This document shows positions 1 to 10,226 of a stretch of 64,000 nt of DNA, in pieces (within the stretch, counting starts at the first letter, position 1; every line of letters starts with the position of its first letter). Source of the stretch: an uncultured Clostridia bacterium. GTDB taxonomy: Bacteria > Bacillota > Clostridia > TANB77 > CAG-508. The notes under the pieces are model-generated. The model saw only the letters and a list, made by a program, of their open reading frames with translations. It was not told the DNA's origin and searched no databases. The position numbers and the translations under genes are program-made. The DNA lies in NCBI GenBank assembly GCA_948739805.1, contig CAPYID010000004.1, positions 1,658 to 65,657 of the forward strand. Reading direction: 5' to 3'.

Positions 1-345
1 AACTTTTGGCTGTGTAATAGTTTTGCTTTCTATTGTTTTTGTTGCTTCTTTGTTTACACTGTTTTTGTTGTTTTCACTTGTATTTGACTTTTTCACAATA
101 GGTGTTGTTATCTTTTCATTTTCTATACCTTGTGTCTTTGTTTCTTGGTTTTGTGTTGTTTCTGCTTGTGCTATTGTATTTTCTATTTGCTCTATAATAT
201 TTTCTGGTGTTTCTTCTACATTTTTATTTTCTTCTTGTGTGCTAGTAGTAAAATCTACTACTTTTTCTCTTTTTTCATTTACTGCTCCATAATAACTAAA
301 ACTAGAAATCATTGCGACTATAATAATTACAATAATCTTTCTCAT
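1..345 (-). CDS. Partial gene (its 3' end lies beyond the window start) for a membrane-anchored or secreted Thr/Glu/Asn/Lys-rich protein. The N-terminus reads MRKIIVIIIVAMISSFSYYGA, followed by a hydrophilic low-complexity region.
   Basis: There is an ATG at 345..343 (minus strand) with AAGGAGGA 7 nt upstream. The frame stays open to position 1. The N-terminal segment is hydrophobic. The gene is missing from the ORF track because no stop codon falls inside the window. Confidence 0.45.
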   Translation of the reverse strand, partial: MRKIIVIIIVAMISSFSYYGAVNEKREKVVDFTTSTQEENKNVEETPENIIEQIENTIAQAETTQNQETKTQGIENEKITTPIVKKSNTSENNKNSVNKEATKTIESKTITQPKV

Positions 346-781
346 AATTCATTCCTCCTTACTTGTTTTTATTTTAGTCGCATTTCCTATATAATGCAAA
401 GGTGCAATTTTTATTTTATTTAATATATATATTCTTTTCAGCTAGTAAAGAGTAAGTAATAAAAGGGGTTTGTAAGGGGGAATTATAAAAAAATACTCCC
501 ACAACTTTTGGGCATAATGCTAGTATAAAACCTTTTAAAGCTAAAAAATAAAGCATATTTCTATGCTTTACACTGGTTAAAAATTATTTATTTGATTTCT
601 TTTCCCCACACTCCATATTGCTAATTCTTTTTATAAATTTTTTTGATTTTTTCCCTTTTTGCTAAAATTTTTATTTCAATCATTTTTATAATTATTGATT
701 TTTAGGCTTTTTTTCTTCTTTTAGACCTAGCACTGAGACTACTTCCACGTGTGTGGTATGTTTATCAATGTAAGATGATCC

Positions 782-1021
782 CTATTTATGTTCTTTTATG
801 TATTCTACTACATCACCTACTGTTACAATTTTATCTGCATCTCCATCTGGAATTTCCATTTCAAATTCTTCTTCTATATTCATTACTAGTTCTACAATGT
901 CTAAAGAGTCTGCTGATAAATCATCTACAAATGTTGCTTCTTCTTTTACATTTTCTTCATCTACTCCTAATTGTTCAATTATTATTTTCTTTAATTTTTC
1001 AAAAATATCTTCTCTATTCAT
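782..1021 (-). CDS. acpP: Acyl carrier protein
   Basis: 79 aa. It has the DSLD phosphopantetheine-attachment motif ([15 protein letters not shown]) and the acidic helical ACP fold signature. Confidence 0.9.
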   Translation of the reverse strand: MNREDIFEKLKKIIIEQLGVDEENVKEEATFVDDLSADSLDIVELVMNIEEEFEMEIPDGDADKIVTVGDVVEYIKEHK

Positions 1022-1048
1022 TTTTTTCTCCTTACATTTATAATTTTC

Positions 1049-1822
1049 CTATACACCCATGATATTATATCCACTATCTGCATATATAACTTGCCCTGTG
1101 ATAGCTTCTGACATTTCACTTAATAAAAATGTTGCAACGTTTCCAACTTGTATTGTTGTTACATTTCTATGTAATGGTGCTTTTTCTTCTACTACTGTTA
1201 AAATTGTTGAAAAGTCTTTTATTCCTTTTGCTGATAGTGTTTTAATAGGTCCTGCTGAAATAGCGTTTACTCTTATTCCTTCTTTTCCTAAATTTTCTGC
1301 TAGATATCTAACGCTTGCCTCTAATGCTGCTTTGGCAATTCCCATTACATTATACCCTTCTAATACTTTTGTAGAACCATGATATGTTAATGTTATTAGG
1401 TTTGCATTTTCGTTTAACATATCTATTTCTTTTGCTATTCTTGATACAAGTACAAATGAATAAGCACTTACATCAACTGCATGAGAATATCCTTCTTTAC
1501 TTGTATATATGAAATCATTGTGCAAGTCTTCAGTATTTGCATGTGCAATGGCATGTACTATACCATCTATTTTTCCATTTTCTTCTTTTATTTTGTTAAA
1601 TACTTCTTTTACTAATTCATCTTCTGATGCTCCATCTAATACATATGCTTTACTTCCTTCAAATTCTCCTATTAATTCTTCTATTTTTTCTTTGTTTTCT
1701 TCTCCCATATATGTAAATATTAATTTTGCCCCATTTTCATATGCTGATTTGGCAATTCCATATGCTATACTCCATTTATTTCTTATTCCCATAATTAATA
1801 TTTTTCTGTCTTTTAATAACAT
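1049..1822 (-). CDS. fabI: Enoyl-[ACP] reductase (NADH), FabI type
   Basis: 257 aa with strong similarity to E. coli FabI along its length: N-terminal GxxxxxSIAYGIA Rossmann motif, YNVMGxAKAALEA, and RVNAISAGPIKTLAxxGI. Confidence 0.85.
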   Translation of the reverse strand: MLLKDRKILIMGIRNKWSIAYGIAKSAYENGAKLIFTYMGEENKEKIEELIGEFEGSKAYVLDGASEDELVKEVFNKIKEENGKIDGIVHAIAHANTEDLHNDFIYTSKEGYSHAVDVSAYSFVLVSRIAKEIDMLNENANLITLTYHGSTKVLEGYNVMGIAKAALEASVRYLAENLGKEGIRVNAISAGPIKTLSAKGIKDFSTILTVVEEKAPLHRNVTTIQVGNVATFLLSEMSEAITGQVIYADSGYNIMGV

Positions 1823-1869
1823 CCTTTTTTCCTCCTATATTTTTAATAAGTCCTTTTACATTATAACTA

Positions 1870-2691
1870 TCAATGCTCACTTATGCAAATATATTGTCCC
1901 ATATTTCTAAATTTGTTATATCTGCTTTGAACAATATCTTCTGTATCTAATTTATTCATTTCTATTATAGTAGAATTTATTTCTTTTTTTAGATTGCTTG
2001 CTATTTTCTTAAAGTTTTCTTCATTGTCTTCTTTTGGCTCTTTTATTACTTTGTCAATTACTTTTAAATCATATAAATCTTTTGCTGTTAATTTCATTTT
2101 TTCTGCCGCTTCTTTATATCTTGAGGAATCTTTCCATAAGATACTACTATATCCTTCTGGAGAAAGAATAGAATAAATTGCATTTTCTAGCATAATAACT
2201 TTATTTGCAACTCCTATTGCTAATGCTCCTCCACTTGAACCTTCTCCTATGACTATTGCTATTATTGGCACTTTTAATTTTGCCATTTCAAACATGGATT
2301 TTGCTATTGCTTCTCCTTGTCCTCTTTCTTCTGCCCCAATTCCTGGATATGCTCCTTTTGTATCTATGAAAGTTATTACTGGTCTTTTAAATTTTTCTGC
2401 TTGCTTCATAAATCTTATTGCTTTTCTATAACTTTCAGGATTTGGCATTCCAAAGTTTCTTTCAATATTTTCTTTTGTTGTTCTTCCTTTTTGCTCTGCA
2501 ATTATTGTGAAATTTCTATCTCCCATTCTTCCTAATCCACAAACAATTGCTTTATCATCTTTGAAGTTCCTATCTCCATGTAATTCTATAAATTCATCAA
2601 ATATATTTTCTATATAGTCTAGTGCCGTTTTTCTTTTAGGATTTCTTGCTATCTCTACTCTTTCCCATGCAGTTGTCCTTTCATTCGCCAT
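1870..2691 (-). CDS. accA: Acetyl-CoA carboxylase carboxyltransferase alpha subunit
   Basis: 273 aa. AccA hallmarks present: RPVITFIDTKGAYPGIGAEERGQGEAIA and the GEGSSGGALA oxyanion region. Confidence 0.9.
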   Translation of the reverse strand: MANERTTAWERVEIARNPKRKTALDYIENIFDEFIELHGDRNFKDDKAIVCGLGRMGDRNFTIIAEQKGRTTKENIERNFGMPNPESYRKAIRFMKQAEKFKRPVITFIDTKGAYPGIGAEERGQGEAIAKSMFEMAKLKVPIIAIVIGEGSSGGALAIGVANKVIMLENAIYSILSPEGYSSILWKDSSRYKEAAEKMKLTAKDLYDLKVIDKVIKEPKEDNEENFKKIASNLKKEINSTIIEMNKLDTEDIVQSRYNKFRNMGQYICISEH

Positions 2692-2763
2692 TATTTATTT
2701 TCCCCTTTCCTATTTGCTTGGGTACCGTGCACTGTGCCGGTTCCAATCTAATTGCCATTATTT

Positions 2764-3600
2764 TCAACTATGAAATTTTATTAATTTATATAGTGTATCC
2801 TTTAAGTTTCTTCTTTCCACTATCTTATCTATAAATCCATGTTCTAATAAAAATTCCGCTGTTTGGAAACCTTCTGGTAATGATTCTCCTATTGTTTGTT
2901 CTATAACTCTCTGTCCTGCAAAGCCTATCATAGCTTTTGGTTCTGCTAAAATTATATCGCCAAGACTTGCAAATGATGCTGTAACTCCACCATAGGTTGG
3001 ATCTGTTAAAACTGATATATATAATAGTCCTGCTTCATCTAGTTTTGTAAGTGCTGCTGTTGTTTTTGCCATTTGCATTAAAGAGATTATACCTTCTTGC
3101 ATTCTTGCTCCACCTGATACAGAAAATATGATTAGTGGTAATTTTTGCTTTACTGCTTGTTCTATACTATATGTTATCTTTTCTCCTACTACAACTCCCA
3201 TACTTCCCATTAAAAATCCACTGTCCATTATGCATATTACTACTTTTTCTCCATTAATGTTTCCTGTTCCACAGCTTACTGCCTCTTCTAAACCAGTTTT
3301 TTCTCTTAGGCTTTTTAGTTTTTTAGGATAATCCTCTAATTCTAATGGATTTGTTGTTTCAATATTTAATTCAAATCTTTCATATGTTCCTTCATCTATT
3401 ATTAGTTCTAGCCTTTTTCCTATATGCATTCTAAAGTAATGTCCACAGTTAGGACATATGTTTAAATTTTCTCTAACTGTTTCTTTATATATAATTTCTT
3501 TGCAATTATCACATTTAATCCATTTACCTATTGGTATATCTATGTTGGCTTTTTTATTTTTAGCAGTGGTTTCTCTTTTCTTTATTTTATCGACTATCAT
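2764..3600 (-). CDS. accD: Acetyl-CoA carboxylase carboxyltransferase beta subunit
   Basis: 278 aa. N-terminal zinc ribbon CDNCx15CPNCGHY followed by a carboxyltransferase domain (SGGARMQEG). Confidence 0.9.
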   Translation of the reverse strand: MIVDKIKKRETTAKNKKANIDIPIGKWIKCDNCKEIIYKETVRENLNICPNCGHYFRMHIGKRLELIIDEGTYERFELNIETTNPLELEDYPKKLKSLREKTGLEEAVSCGTGNINGEKVVICIMDSGFLMGSMGVVVGEKITYSIEQAVKQKLPLIIFSVSGGARMQEGIISLMQMAKTTAALTKLDEAGLLYISVLTDPTYGGVTASFASLGDIILAEPKAMIGFAGQRVIEQTIGESLPEGFQTAEFLLEHGFIDKIVERRNLKDTLYKLIKFHS

Positions 3601-3631
3601 TGTTTTTCTCCTTATAAGATTTTAAATATAT

Positions 3632-4969
3632 TTAAAATTTTTCTTTGTCAATGAAAGATGTATCATAATTCCCTCTGATGAAATTGGGGTTTTTTATAAT
3701 ACTAAAAAGGAAGTCTCTATTAGTATCTACACCATCTATAACTAATTCCTCTAATGCTCTTTTCATTTTTGCTATTGCTTCATTTCTTGTGTTACCAAAT
3801 ACTATGATTTTTGCAATCATTGAATCATAATTAGGTGGAATTATATAACCATTATATATTGCGGTATCAATTCTTATGCCATTTCCTCCTGGTAAATTTA
3901 TTTCTTTTATTTGACCTGGACTTGGCATAAAATTTTTATTAGGATTTTCTGCATTTATTCTACATTCTATTGAATGTCCTCTAAATTCTATTTCTTTTTG
4001 TTTGAATTTTAGTTCTTCTCCTGCTACTATCCTTATTTGCTCTTTTACTATGTCTATTCCTGTTCTCATTTCTGTTATTGGATGTTCAACTTGTATTCTT
4101 GTATTCATTTCCATAAAGTAAAAATTTTTATCACTATCTACTAAAAATTCTACTGTTCCACAACTCGTATATCCTGCAATTTTTGCAGCTTTTACTGCTG
4201 CATTTCCCATTTTGTTTCTTAGCTTTTCGTCTACTACTGTTGATGGGGTTTCTTCAATTAGTTTTTGGTGTTTTCTTTGTATTGTACAGTCTCTTTCTCC
4301 TAAATGAACTACATTTCCATGTTCATCTGCTAATATTTGAATTTCTACATGTCTAGGATTTTTTATGAATTTCTCTATATAGATTTCATCATCGTTAAAG
4401 GAGATTTTTGCTTCTTGCTTTACTATATTATAGTTAGTTTCTAACTCATCTTTATTATTAGCAATTCTTATTCCTTTTCCTCCGCCTCCTGCTGCTGCTT
4501 TTAGCATAACTGGATAACCTATTTTTTCGGCAATTATTATTGCATCTTTTAATCCTTTTACACTTCCATCTGAGCCAGGTATAACTGGAACTCCAGCTTC
4601 TTTCATTAATTCTTTACTATTTGATTTATTTCCTAGTAAATCTATAACTTTAGAGTTAGGTCCTATAAATTTTATATTAGATTCTTCACATATTTTTGCA
4701 AATTGAGCATTTTCAGAGAGAAATCCAAATCCTGGATGAATACTGTCTGCTCCTGTTATATATGCCGATTCTATAATGTTTTTTATGTTTAGATAACTTT
4801 TTTGTGGCTCTGCTGGTCCTATACATATTGCTTCATCTGCTAGACGTGTATGTAAAGCATTTTTATCTGCTTCTGAGTATATTGCTACTGTTTTTATGTT
4901 CATTTCTTTACATGCCCTTATTATTCGTACTGCAATTTCTCCTCTGTTTGCAATTAATATTTTGTTCAT
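3632..4969 (-). CDS. accC: Biotin carboxylase
   Basis: 445 aa. ATP-grasp biotin carboxylase with MNKILIANRGEIAVRIIRAC N-terminus, GGGGKGIR and EMNTRIQVEHP motifs. Confidence 0.9.
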   Translation of the reverse strand: MNKILIANRGEIAVRIIRACKEMNIKTVAIYSEADKNALHTRLADEAICIGPAEPQKSYLNIKNIIESAYITGADSIHPGFGFLSENAQFAKICEESNIKFIGPNSKVIDLLGNKSNSKELMKEAGVPVIPGSDGSVKGLKDAIIIAEKIGYPVMLKAAAGGGGKGIRIANNKDELETNYNIVKQEAKISFNDDEIYIEKFIKNPRHVEIQILADEHGNVVHLGERDCTIQRKHQKLIEETPSTVVDEKLRNKMGNAAVKAAKIAGYTSCGTVEFLVDSDKNFYFMEMNTRIQVEHPITEMRTGIDIVKEQIRIVAGEELKFKQKEIEFRGHSIECRINAENPNKNFMPSPGQIKEINLPGGNGIRIDTAIYNGYIIPPNYDSMIAKIIVFGNTRNEAIAKMKRALEELVIDGVDTNRDFLFSIIKNPNFIRGNYDTSFIDKEKF

Positions 4970-5044
4970 TTTTGTTTTTCATCTCCTTTTATAAATTAGA
5001 TGTTAGAGATTAGATTTTCGGGTCATCCTCTGAAGGGCGGACGA

Positions 5045-5485
5045 CTACACAATGGCGAAGGTTAGTTCACCCTTAGCTACTATCTTATCTTCTACTGTTG
5101 CAATTGCTTCTCCTACTCCTATTGGTCCTTTTCTTTTTATTATTTTTACTTCTAGTTTTAGTCTATCTCCTGGTGTTACCATTTTTTTGAATTTCATTTT
5201 GTCAATTCCTCCAAATAATGCATTTTTTCCTTTGTTTTCTTCCATTGATAAAATCGCTATTGCTCCAGTTTGTGCTAGACTTTCTGCTATTAATACTCCT
5301 GGCATTATTGGGTTTCCTGGAAAGTGTCCTTTAAAATACCATTCGCTTTCGTCTACATTCTTATAACCAATAGCACTTTCTCCTGGAGTATATTCTTCTA
5401 TTTCATCTATCATTAAAAATGGTTCCCTTTGTGGGATTATTTTCTTTATTTCTTCTTTATTTAACATGTGTTTCTCCTTATACAT
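5045..5485 (-). CDS. fabZ: 3-hydroxyacyl-[ACP] dehydratase
   Basis: 146 aa hotdog-fold protein. HFPGNPIMPGVLIAESLAQ is the FabZ active-site region. Confidence 0.9.
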   Translation of the reverse strand: MYKEKHMLNKEEIKKIIPQREPFLMIDEIEEYTPGESAIGYKNVDESEWYFKGHFPGNPIMPGVLIAESLAQTGAIAILSMEENKGKNALFGGIDKMKFKKMVTPGDRLKLEVKIIKRKGPIGVGEAIATVEDKIVAKGELTFAIV

Positions 5486-5487
5486 TT

Positions 5488-5937
5488 TTATTTTATGACG
5501 AACAATGGTGTACCATACTCCACTGTATCTCCGTCTTTTACTAAAATTTCTGTTATTTTTCCAGAGAATTCTGATTCTATTTCATTCATTAATTTCATAG
5601 CCTCTATTATACATAGTGTTTCTCCTTTTGTAACTTCTTTTCCTATTTGTACATAAGAATCAGAGGTTGGAGATGGTTTTATGTAAAAGGTTCCAACCAT
5701 TGGAGATTTTACTATGTTACCTTGTATTTCTTCTGTGTTTATTTGTGTAGTTATTTCCTCGTTTGTTGTTTTAGTTTCTATTGATTTTGTTACATTTTGA
5801 GGGCAATTAATGTTTGCCTCTACATTTGTTTGTTTCTTCATACTGATTTTTGTTCCATCTGGGAATTCAATATCTATGTCTGTTAATTTTGAGTTTCCCA
5901 TGTCTTCCATTAATTGTTTTATTTTTTCATATTCCAT
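5488..5937 (-). CDS. accB: Biotin carboxyl carrier protein (BCCP)
   Basis: 149 aa. C-terminal biotinyl domain with the [10 protein letters not shown] biotinylation motif. Its stop abuts the fabZ start. Confidence 0.9.
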   Translation of the reverse strand: MEYEKIKQLMEDMGNSKLTDIDIEFPDGTKISMKKQTNVEANINCPQNVTKSIETKTTNEEITTQINTEEIQGNIVKSPMVGTFYIKPSPTSDSYVQIGKEVTKGETLCIIEAMKLMNEIESEFSGKITEILVKDGDTVEYGTPLFVIK

Positions 5938-6123
5938 TTTTATTCCTCCATTAAATAATCTATTTTTTAGTATTACTTTGAATTTGGAAAAGAATCGTTA
6001 TTTGGCTAGGCGTTCAAGAAAGAAATACCGGAAGTGTACGTGTGTACGTTGAGGATTTTCTTTTGATGAACAACAACGCCAAATGGCGATTATTTTTCAT
6101 AATTTCTTATTATAATACTAGCA

Positions 6124-7329
6124 TTATGCCCACCGGAATCCTAAAGAATTTGACATTACAACATTTAATTTTTCTTTTATTGGTTCATTTGGTACTATGT
6201 CTAAATCACATTCTTCATCTTTTTCTTTATAGTTTATTGTTGGTGGTACTATTCCATTTTCTATTGCTTTTACACAGATTACTGCTTCTACTCCTCCTGC
6301 TGCTCCTAATAAATGCCCAATATTTCCTTTTGTTGAACTTACTTTTACTTTTTTACTTGCTTCTCCTAATGCTGTTTTTATTGCTAGTGTTTCTGTAGAA
6401 TCATTTAAATGTGTTGATGTTCCATGTGCATTTATATAATCAATATCTTCTGGTTTGATACCAGCATCTTCTATTGCTCTTATCATTGCTTTTGCTCCAC
6501 CTTCTCCATTTGGGTTAGGTGATGTTATGTGATATGCGTCTGTTGTGCTTCCAAATCCTATTACTTCTGCATATATTTTTGCTCCTCTTTTTTTAGCATG
6601 TTCTAATTCTTCAAGTACTACTATTCCTGCACCTTCTCCCATTACAAATCCGCTTCTTTCTTTGTCGAATGGAATACTTGCTCTGTTTTTATCTTCTGAT
6701 GTACACAATGCTTTCATGTTTTCAAATCCTGCTATTCCAATAGAACAGATTGAGGCTTCTGTTCCTCCTGCTATTATTACATCTTCATATCCCTGTTTTA
6801 TAGTTTTATATGCTTCTCCTATTGCATGTGTTGATGAAGCACATGCAGTTACTATTGAGATGGATTCTCCTTTGAAACCAAATTCTATTGCAATATTTCC
6901 TGCTGGCATGTTTGCTATTGCCATTGGAATGAACATTGGAGATACTCTATTGTTTCCTTTTACATAGTTTGTTTCACATTGTTCTTGTATTGTTTTTAAT
7001 CCTGCTATTCCTGAACTTACAAAAACGCCCACTCTTTCATAATTTGTATTTTCTTCTGTGATACCACTATTTTTTACTGCTTCTCTTGCTGCTATTACTG
7101 CAAATTGTGATGATTTATCAAATCTTTTTGCTTGTTTTTGCTCAAAGTATTCTAAAGGGTCATATTCTTTTATTTCTCCTGCTAGTTTTGTCTTGAAATT
7201 GTCTGTATCAAATAATGTGATTCTGTCAATACCACATTTTTTGTTTTCTATTCCTTTCCATGTTTCATTAACACTTTTTCCTATTGGAGTTATTGCTCCA
7301 AGTCCTGTAATTACAACTCTTTTTTCCAT
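6124..7329 (-). CDS. fabF: 3-oxoacyl-[ACP] synthase II
   Basis: 401 aa KAS II. Active-site Cys context ACASSTHAIGEA and His/His region NAHGTST...GHLLGAAG. Confidence 0.9.
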   Translation of the reverse strand: MEKRVVITGLGAITPIGKSVNETWKGIENKKCGIDRITLFDTDNFKTKLAGEIKEYDPLEYFEQKQAKRFDKSSQFAVIAAREAVKNSGITEENTNYERVGVFVSSGIAGLKTIQEQCETNYVKGNNRVSPMFIPMAIANMPAGNIAIEFGFKGESISIVTACASSTHAIGEAYKTIKQGYEDVIIAGGTEASICSIGIAGFENMKALCTSEDKNRASIPFDKERSGFVMGEGAGIVVLEELEHAKKRGAKIYAEVIGFGSTTDAYHITSPNPNGEGGAKAMIRAIEDAGIKPEDIDYINAHGTSTHLNDSTETLAIKTALGEASKKVKVSSTKGNIGHLLGAAGGVEAVICVKAIENGIVPPTINYKEKDEECDLDIVPNEPIKEKLNVVMSNSLGFRWA

Positions 7330-7409
7330 TTTTTTATTTTCCTTTCTATTGAATTTATTGTTAATTTATGATATATTAATATAAAAACCACAAGGAGGTA
7401 TTTGTAAGT

Positions 7410-7712
7410 ATGACAAATTTGGAAAACTTTGTTACCAACGCTTGGGCTCTACGGAATCATTATGAAAATGATAATGTTCCAAATTCAAAGTTAAAAGTTC
7501 ATATCCTTTCTCAAATAGTTAAGGAGATTTTTGAAGAAGGTAGTCTGCCTTCTCATTTAGTAATTGATGACGAATTTAAAGATGTCAGTGCCCTATTGGA
7601 TGCTTCTACATCAGTACTAAAAGATTTAAATCTTGAAATGTACAAACTATTAATATCTGCTAATTGTGATGTAGAAAAATCAATAAGTACAGTTTTATTT
7701 GAATTAAGTTAG
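7410..7712 (+). CDS. Hypothetical 100-aa protein encoded antisense inside the fab operon, between fabG and fabF
   Basis: Strong RBS AAGGAGGT 11 nt upstream of the ATG. The ORF is clean. A plus-strand stem-loop with a T-tract follows at 7722..7768. I do not recognise any domain. Confidence 0.5.
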   Translation: MTNLENFVTNAWALRNHYENDNVPNSKLKVHILSQIVKEIFEEGSLPSHLVIDDEFKDVSALLDASTSVLKDLNLEMYKLLISANCDVEKSISTVLFELS

Positions 7713-7721
7713 AGCTTATCT

Positions 7722-7768
7722 GAAGCCTTTATTCTGTGTACTATGCAGAATAGGGGCTTCTTTTTATT
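7722..7768 (+). terminator. Rho-independent terminator for the 7410..7712 ORF
   Basis: Imperfect 15-bp stem gaagcctttattctg...cagaataggggcttc followed by TTTTTATTA on the plus strand. The minus strand has no U-tract. Confidence 0.5.
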
Positions 7769-8534
7769 ACATAATCATTCCACCATCTACATTAATCACT
7801 TGCCCTGTAATATATGTACTATCTTCTCCTGCTAAAAATTTTACAAGATTTGCAACATCTTGTGTTGTTCCAATTCTTTTTAATGGGATAGATTTAGCAA
7901 TTTCTTCTTTTATTTCTTCTTTTAATACATCTGTCATTCCAGTTTCTATAAATCCTGGTGCTACTGCATTTACTAATATTCCTCTTGATGCCACCTCTTT
8001 TGCTAAACTTTTTGTGAATCCTATTATTCCTGCTTTTGACGCTGAATAGTTTGTTTGACCAGCATTTCCTGCTACTCCTACAACAGATGATATATTTATT
8101 ATTCTTCCTGAACGTGCTTTCATCATATGACTAATTACATTTTTAGTTACATTAAATGTTCCTACTAAGTTAGTATCTATTACGTCTTCAAAGTCTTCTT
8201 TTTTCATTCTCATTAATAGCGTATCTTTTGTAATTCCTGCATTGTTTACTAATACATCTATTTTTCCATATTCTTCTATGATTTCTTTTACAAATTTTTC
8301 ACAGTCTTCAAAATTTGATACATCTCCTTGTACTGTTAAACATTTTACCCCTTTTTCTTCTATTTGTTTTTTTGTTTCTTTTAATGCATCATTTTCTGTT
8401 CTATAATTTATTGCTATATCATAGCCATTTTGCGCTAAGGTTAAGGCTATCTGTTTTCCTATGCCTCTTGTGGCTCCTGTAATTAATGCGGTTTTGTTCA
8501 TTTCTTCCCTCCATTTTATTATTTTATAGTACAA
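7767..8534 (-). CDS. fabG: 3-oxoacyl-[ACP] reductase
   Basis: 255 aa SDR. TGATRGIGKQIAL Rossmann motif, NAG motif, and catalytic YSASKAG. Confidence 0.9.
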   Translation of the reverse strand: MYYKIIKWREEMNKTALITGATRGIGKQIALTLAQNGYDIAINYRTENDALKETKKQIEEKGVKCLTVQGDVSNFEDCEKFVKEIIEEYGKIDVLVNNAGITKDTLLMRMKKEDFEDVIDTNLVGTFNVTKNVISHMMKARSGRIINISSVVGVAGNAGQTNYSASKAGIIGFTKSLAKEVASRGILVNAVAPGFIETGMTDVLKEEIKEEIAKSIPLKRIGTTQDVANLVKFLAGEDSTYITGQVINVDGGMIM

Positions 8535-8717
8535 TATAGAAATAATTAATAATTAATCAATTCGAAAAATTATTTAAATGAAATTGAATTAGAAAATGTT
8601 AGAAATTAATTTATAGGGAATCTCGAGCGTGATGAGAGGGCGCTGTAAATTAATTTATTACATTTTATATGAAATTGAATTGTATAATTTTGAGAATTTA
8701 TTAATTCATTAATTATT

Positions 8718-9647
8718 TTATAGTAAATTCATAGTATTTTTTAAACTCTCTATGTTATTAATATTCAAAATTTTTATTTCTTTATCTGTTGGTGTTCTTT
8801 TTACAAAGCCTGATAGTGCTTTACCTGGTCCTATTTCTATAAATGTGTCTATTCCATTTTTTAGCATATTTTGTATTGTTTTTGAAAATCTTACTGGATT
8901 TATTATATGTTTTGCTAAGATGTCTTTTACATCGTCTGTATCTTTATATATTTCTCCATCTATGTTTTTTATGACTTGCGCTTTAAAATTGTTTATTGTT
9001 ATTTTTTCTAGTTCTTTTCTTAAAGCGTGTGAACTTTCTATTAATTTTTCGGTATGAAATGGACCTGCTGTTTTTAATGGTATTACTTTTTTGGCTCCCA
9101 TTTCTTTTGCTATATTTCCTGCTTCTTCTATTCCTTCTTTTTCCCCTGATATTGCAACTTGCCCTACACAGTTATAATTTGCTGGTACTACAAATCCTGA
9201 TTTTACTTTTTTACAGACATCTTCTACTTGTTCATCTGTTAGACCCATTATTGCTGACATTTGCCAATTTCCTTTTGGTAGAAGATTTTGCATGTATTCT
9301 CCCCTTTTTTGAACAAGTTTAACTCCTTCTTCAAATGATATTGCTCCTGAATTTATTATTGCTGTATATTCTCCAAGACTTAGTCCGGCTGACATTTCTG
9401 CTACTATATTATTGCTTTTTAGTATTTCTAAAATTGCTAAGCTCATTGTTAATATTGCAAGTTGTGTGTATTTTGTTTCATTTAGTTTTTCTTCTGGTCC
9501 TTCAAATGATATTTGGGCAATGTCTATGCCTGTCAGTTCTTGTACTTTGTTATATATTTTTTTTACTGCTTCATATTCTTCATATATGTCTTTTCCCATT
9601 CCTACATTCTGAGAGCCTTGACCTGGGAATAAAAATCCGATTTTCAT
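8718..9647 (-). CDS. fabD: Malonyl-CoA:ACP transacylase
   Basis: 309 aa. GQGSQ and the GLSLGEY active-site motif. Confidence 0.9.
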   Translation of the reverse strand: MKIGFLFPGQGSQNVGMGKDIYEEYEAVKKIYNKVQELTGIDIAQISFEGPEEKLNETKYTQLAILTMSLAILEILKSNNIVAEMSAGLSLGEYTAIINSGAISFEEGVKLVQKRGEYMQNLLPKGNWQMSAIMGLTDEQVEDVCKKVKSGFVVPANYNCVGQVAISGEKEGIEEAGNIAKEMGAKKVIPLKTAGPFHTEKLIESSHALRKELEKITINNFKAQVIKNIDGEIYKDTDDVKDILAKHIINPVRFSKTIQNMLKNGIDTFIEIGPGKALSGFVKRTPTDKEIKILNINNIESLKNTMNLL

Positions 9648-10226
9648 TTAATATTCAATCCTTTCATATAATTCTTTTTCAAATCTGTTACAGAATTCTG
9701 TGATAAATTCTTCTGTATTTATGTCTATGTTAAATTCCCTTTTTATTGATGTTGCTATATTTTCTATGTCTTTACTAAAGTTTTGTTTTTTAGTGTTTAT
9801 CCCAATTCCAACTACTAGATATTTTACATTTTCTGAAATTATTTTTGTTTCTGTTAAAATTCCACCTATCTTTTTGTTTCTATATATTATATCATTTGGT
9901 TCTTTTATTTCTAGTTTTAAGTTATATTGTTCTTCTATAATTTTATTTATTATTTTTGCTATTTCTATTGTTATTCCTTCTAATTTTTTTATATTACAAT
10001 CCATTTGTATGAAGAATGAAAATGCTATATTTCCTTTTTCGTCTGTATGCCATATTCTTCCATGAGTTCCTTTTCCTTTTGTTTGTATTTCTGCTATTAC
10101 TAATGTTCCATTTGTTATAGCTTTATTTTGTATTAATCTCCAGATTTCACTTTGGGTTGAGTCTATTTCTTTATAATAAATTATGTTTCTTCCTAAAAAA
10201 TTAGTTTTTAACTTTTTCAATTGCAT
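9648..10226 (-). CDS. birA: Biotin--protein ligase catalytic domain (group I BirA-like, no HTH domain; short at 192 aa)
   Basis: KGKGTHGRIWHT matches the GRGRxGRxW biotin-binding loop of the BPL family. Its TAA stop abuts the fabD ATG (TAAATG). It overlaps the upstream acyl-CoA synthetase gene by 26 nt. Confidence 0.55.
   Translation of the reverse strand: MQLKKLKTNFLGRNIIYYKEIDSTQSEIWRLIQNKAITNGTLVIAEIQTKGKGTHGRIWHTDEKGNIAFSFFIQMDCNIKKLEGITIEIAKIINKIIEEQYNLKLEIKEPNDIIYRNKKIGGILTETKIISENVKYLVVGIGINTKKQNFSKDIENIATSIKREFNIDINTEEFITEFCNRFEKELYERIEY

Noticed and set aside
8535-8717. fabG-fabD spacer with a GC-rich core (gggaatctcgagcgtgatgagagggcgctg) and flanking AT-rich direct repeats, including a UGAUGA string suggestive of a hammerhead
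   Set aside because: It lacks the proper CUGAUGA...GAAA arrangement with three helices and has no convincing palindrome. It is probably just an operon-internal spacer or promoter.
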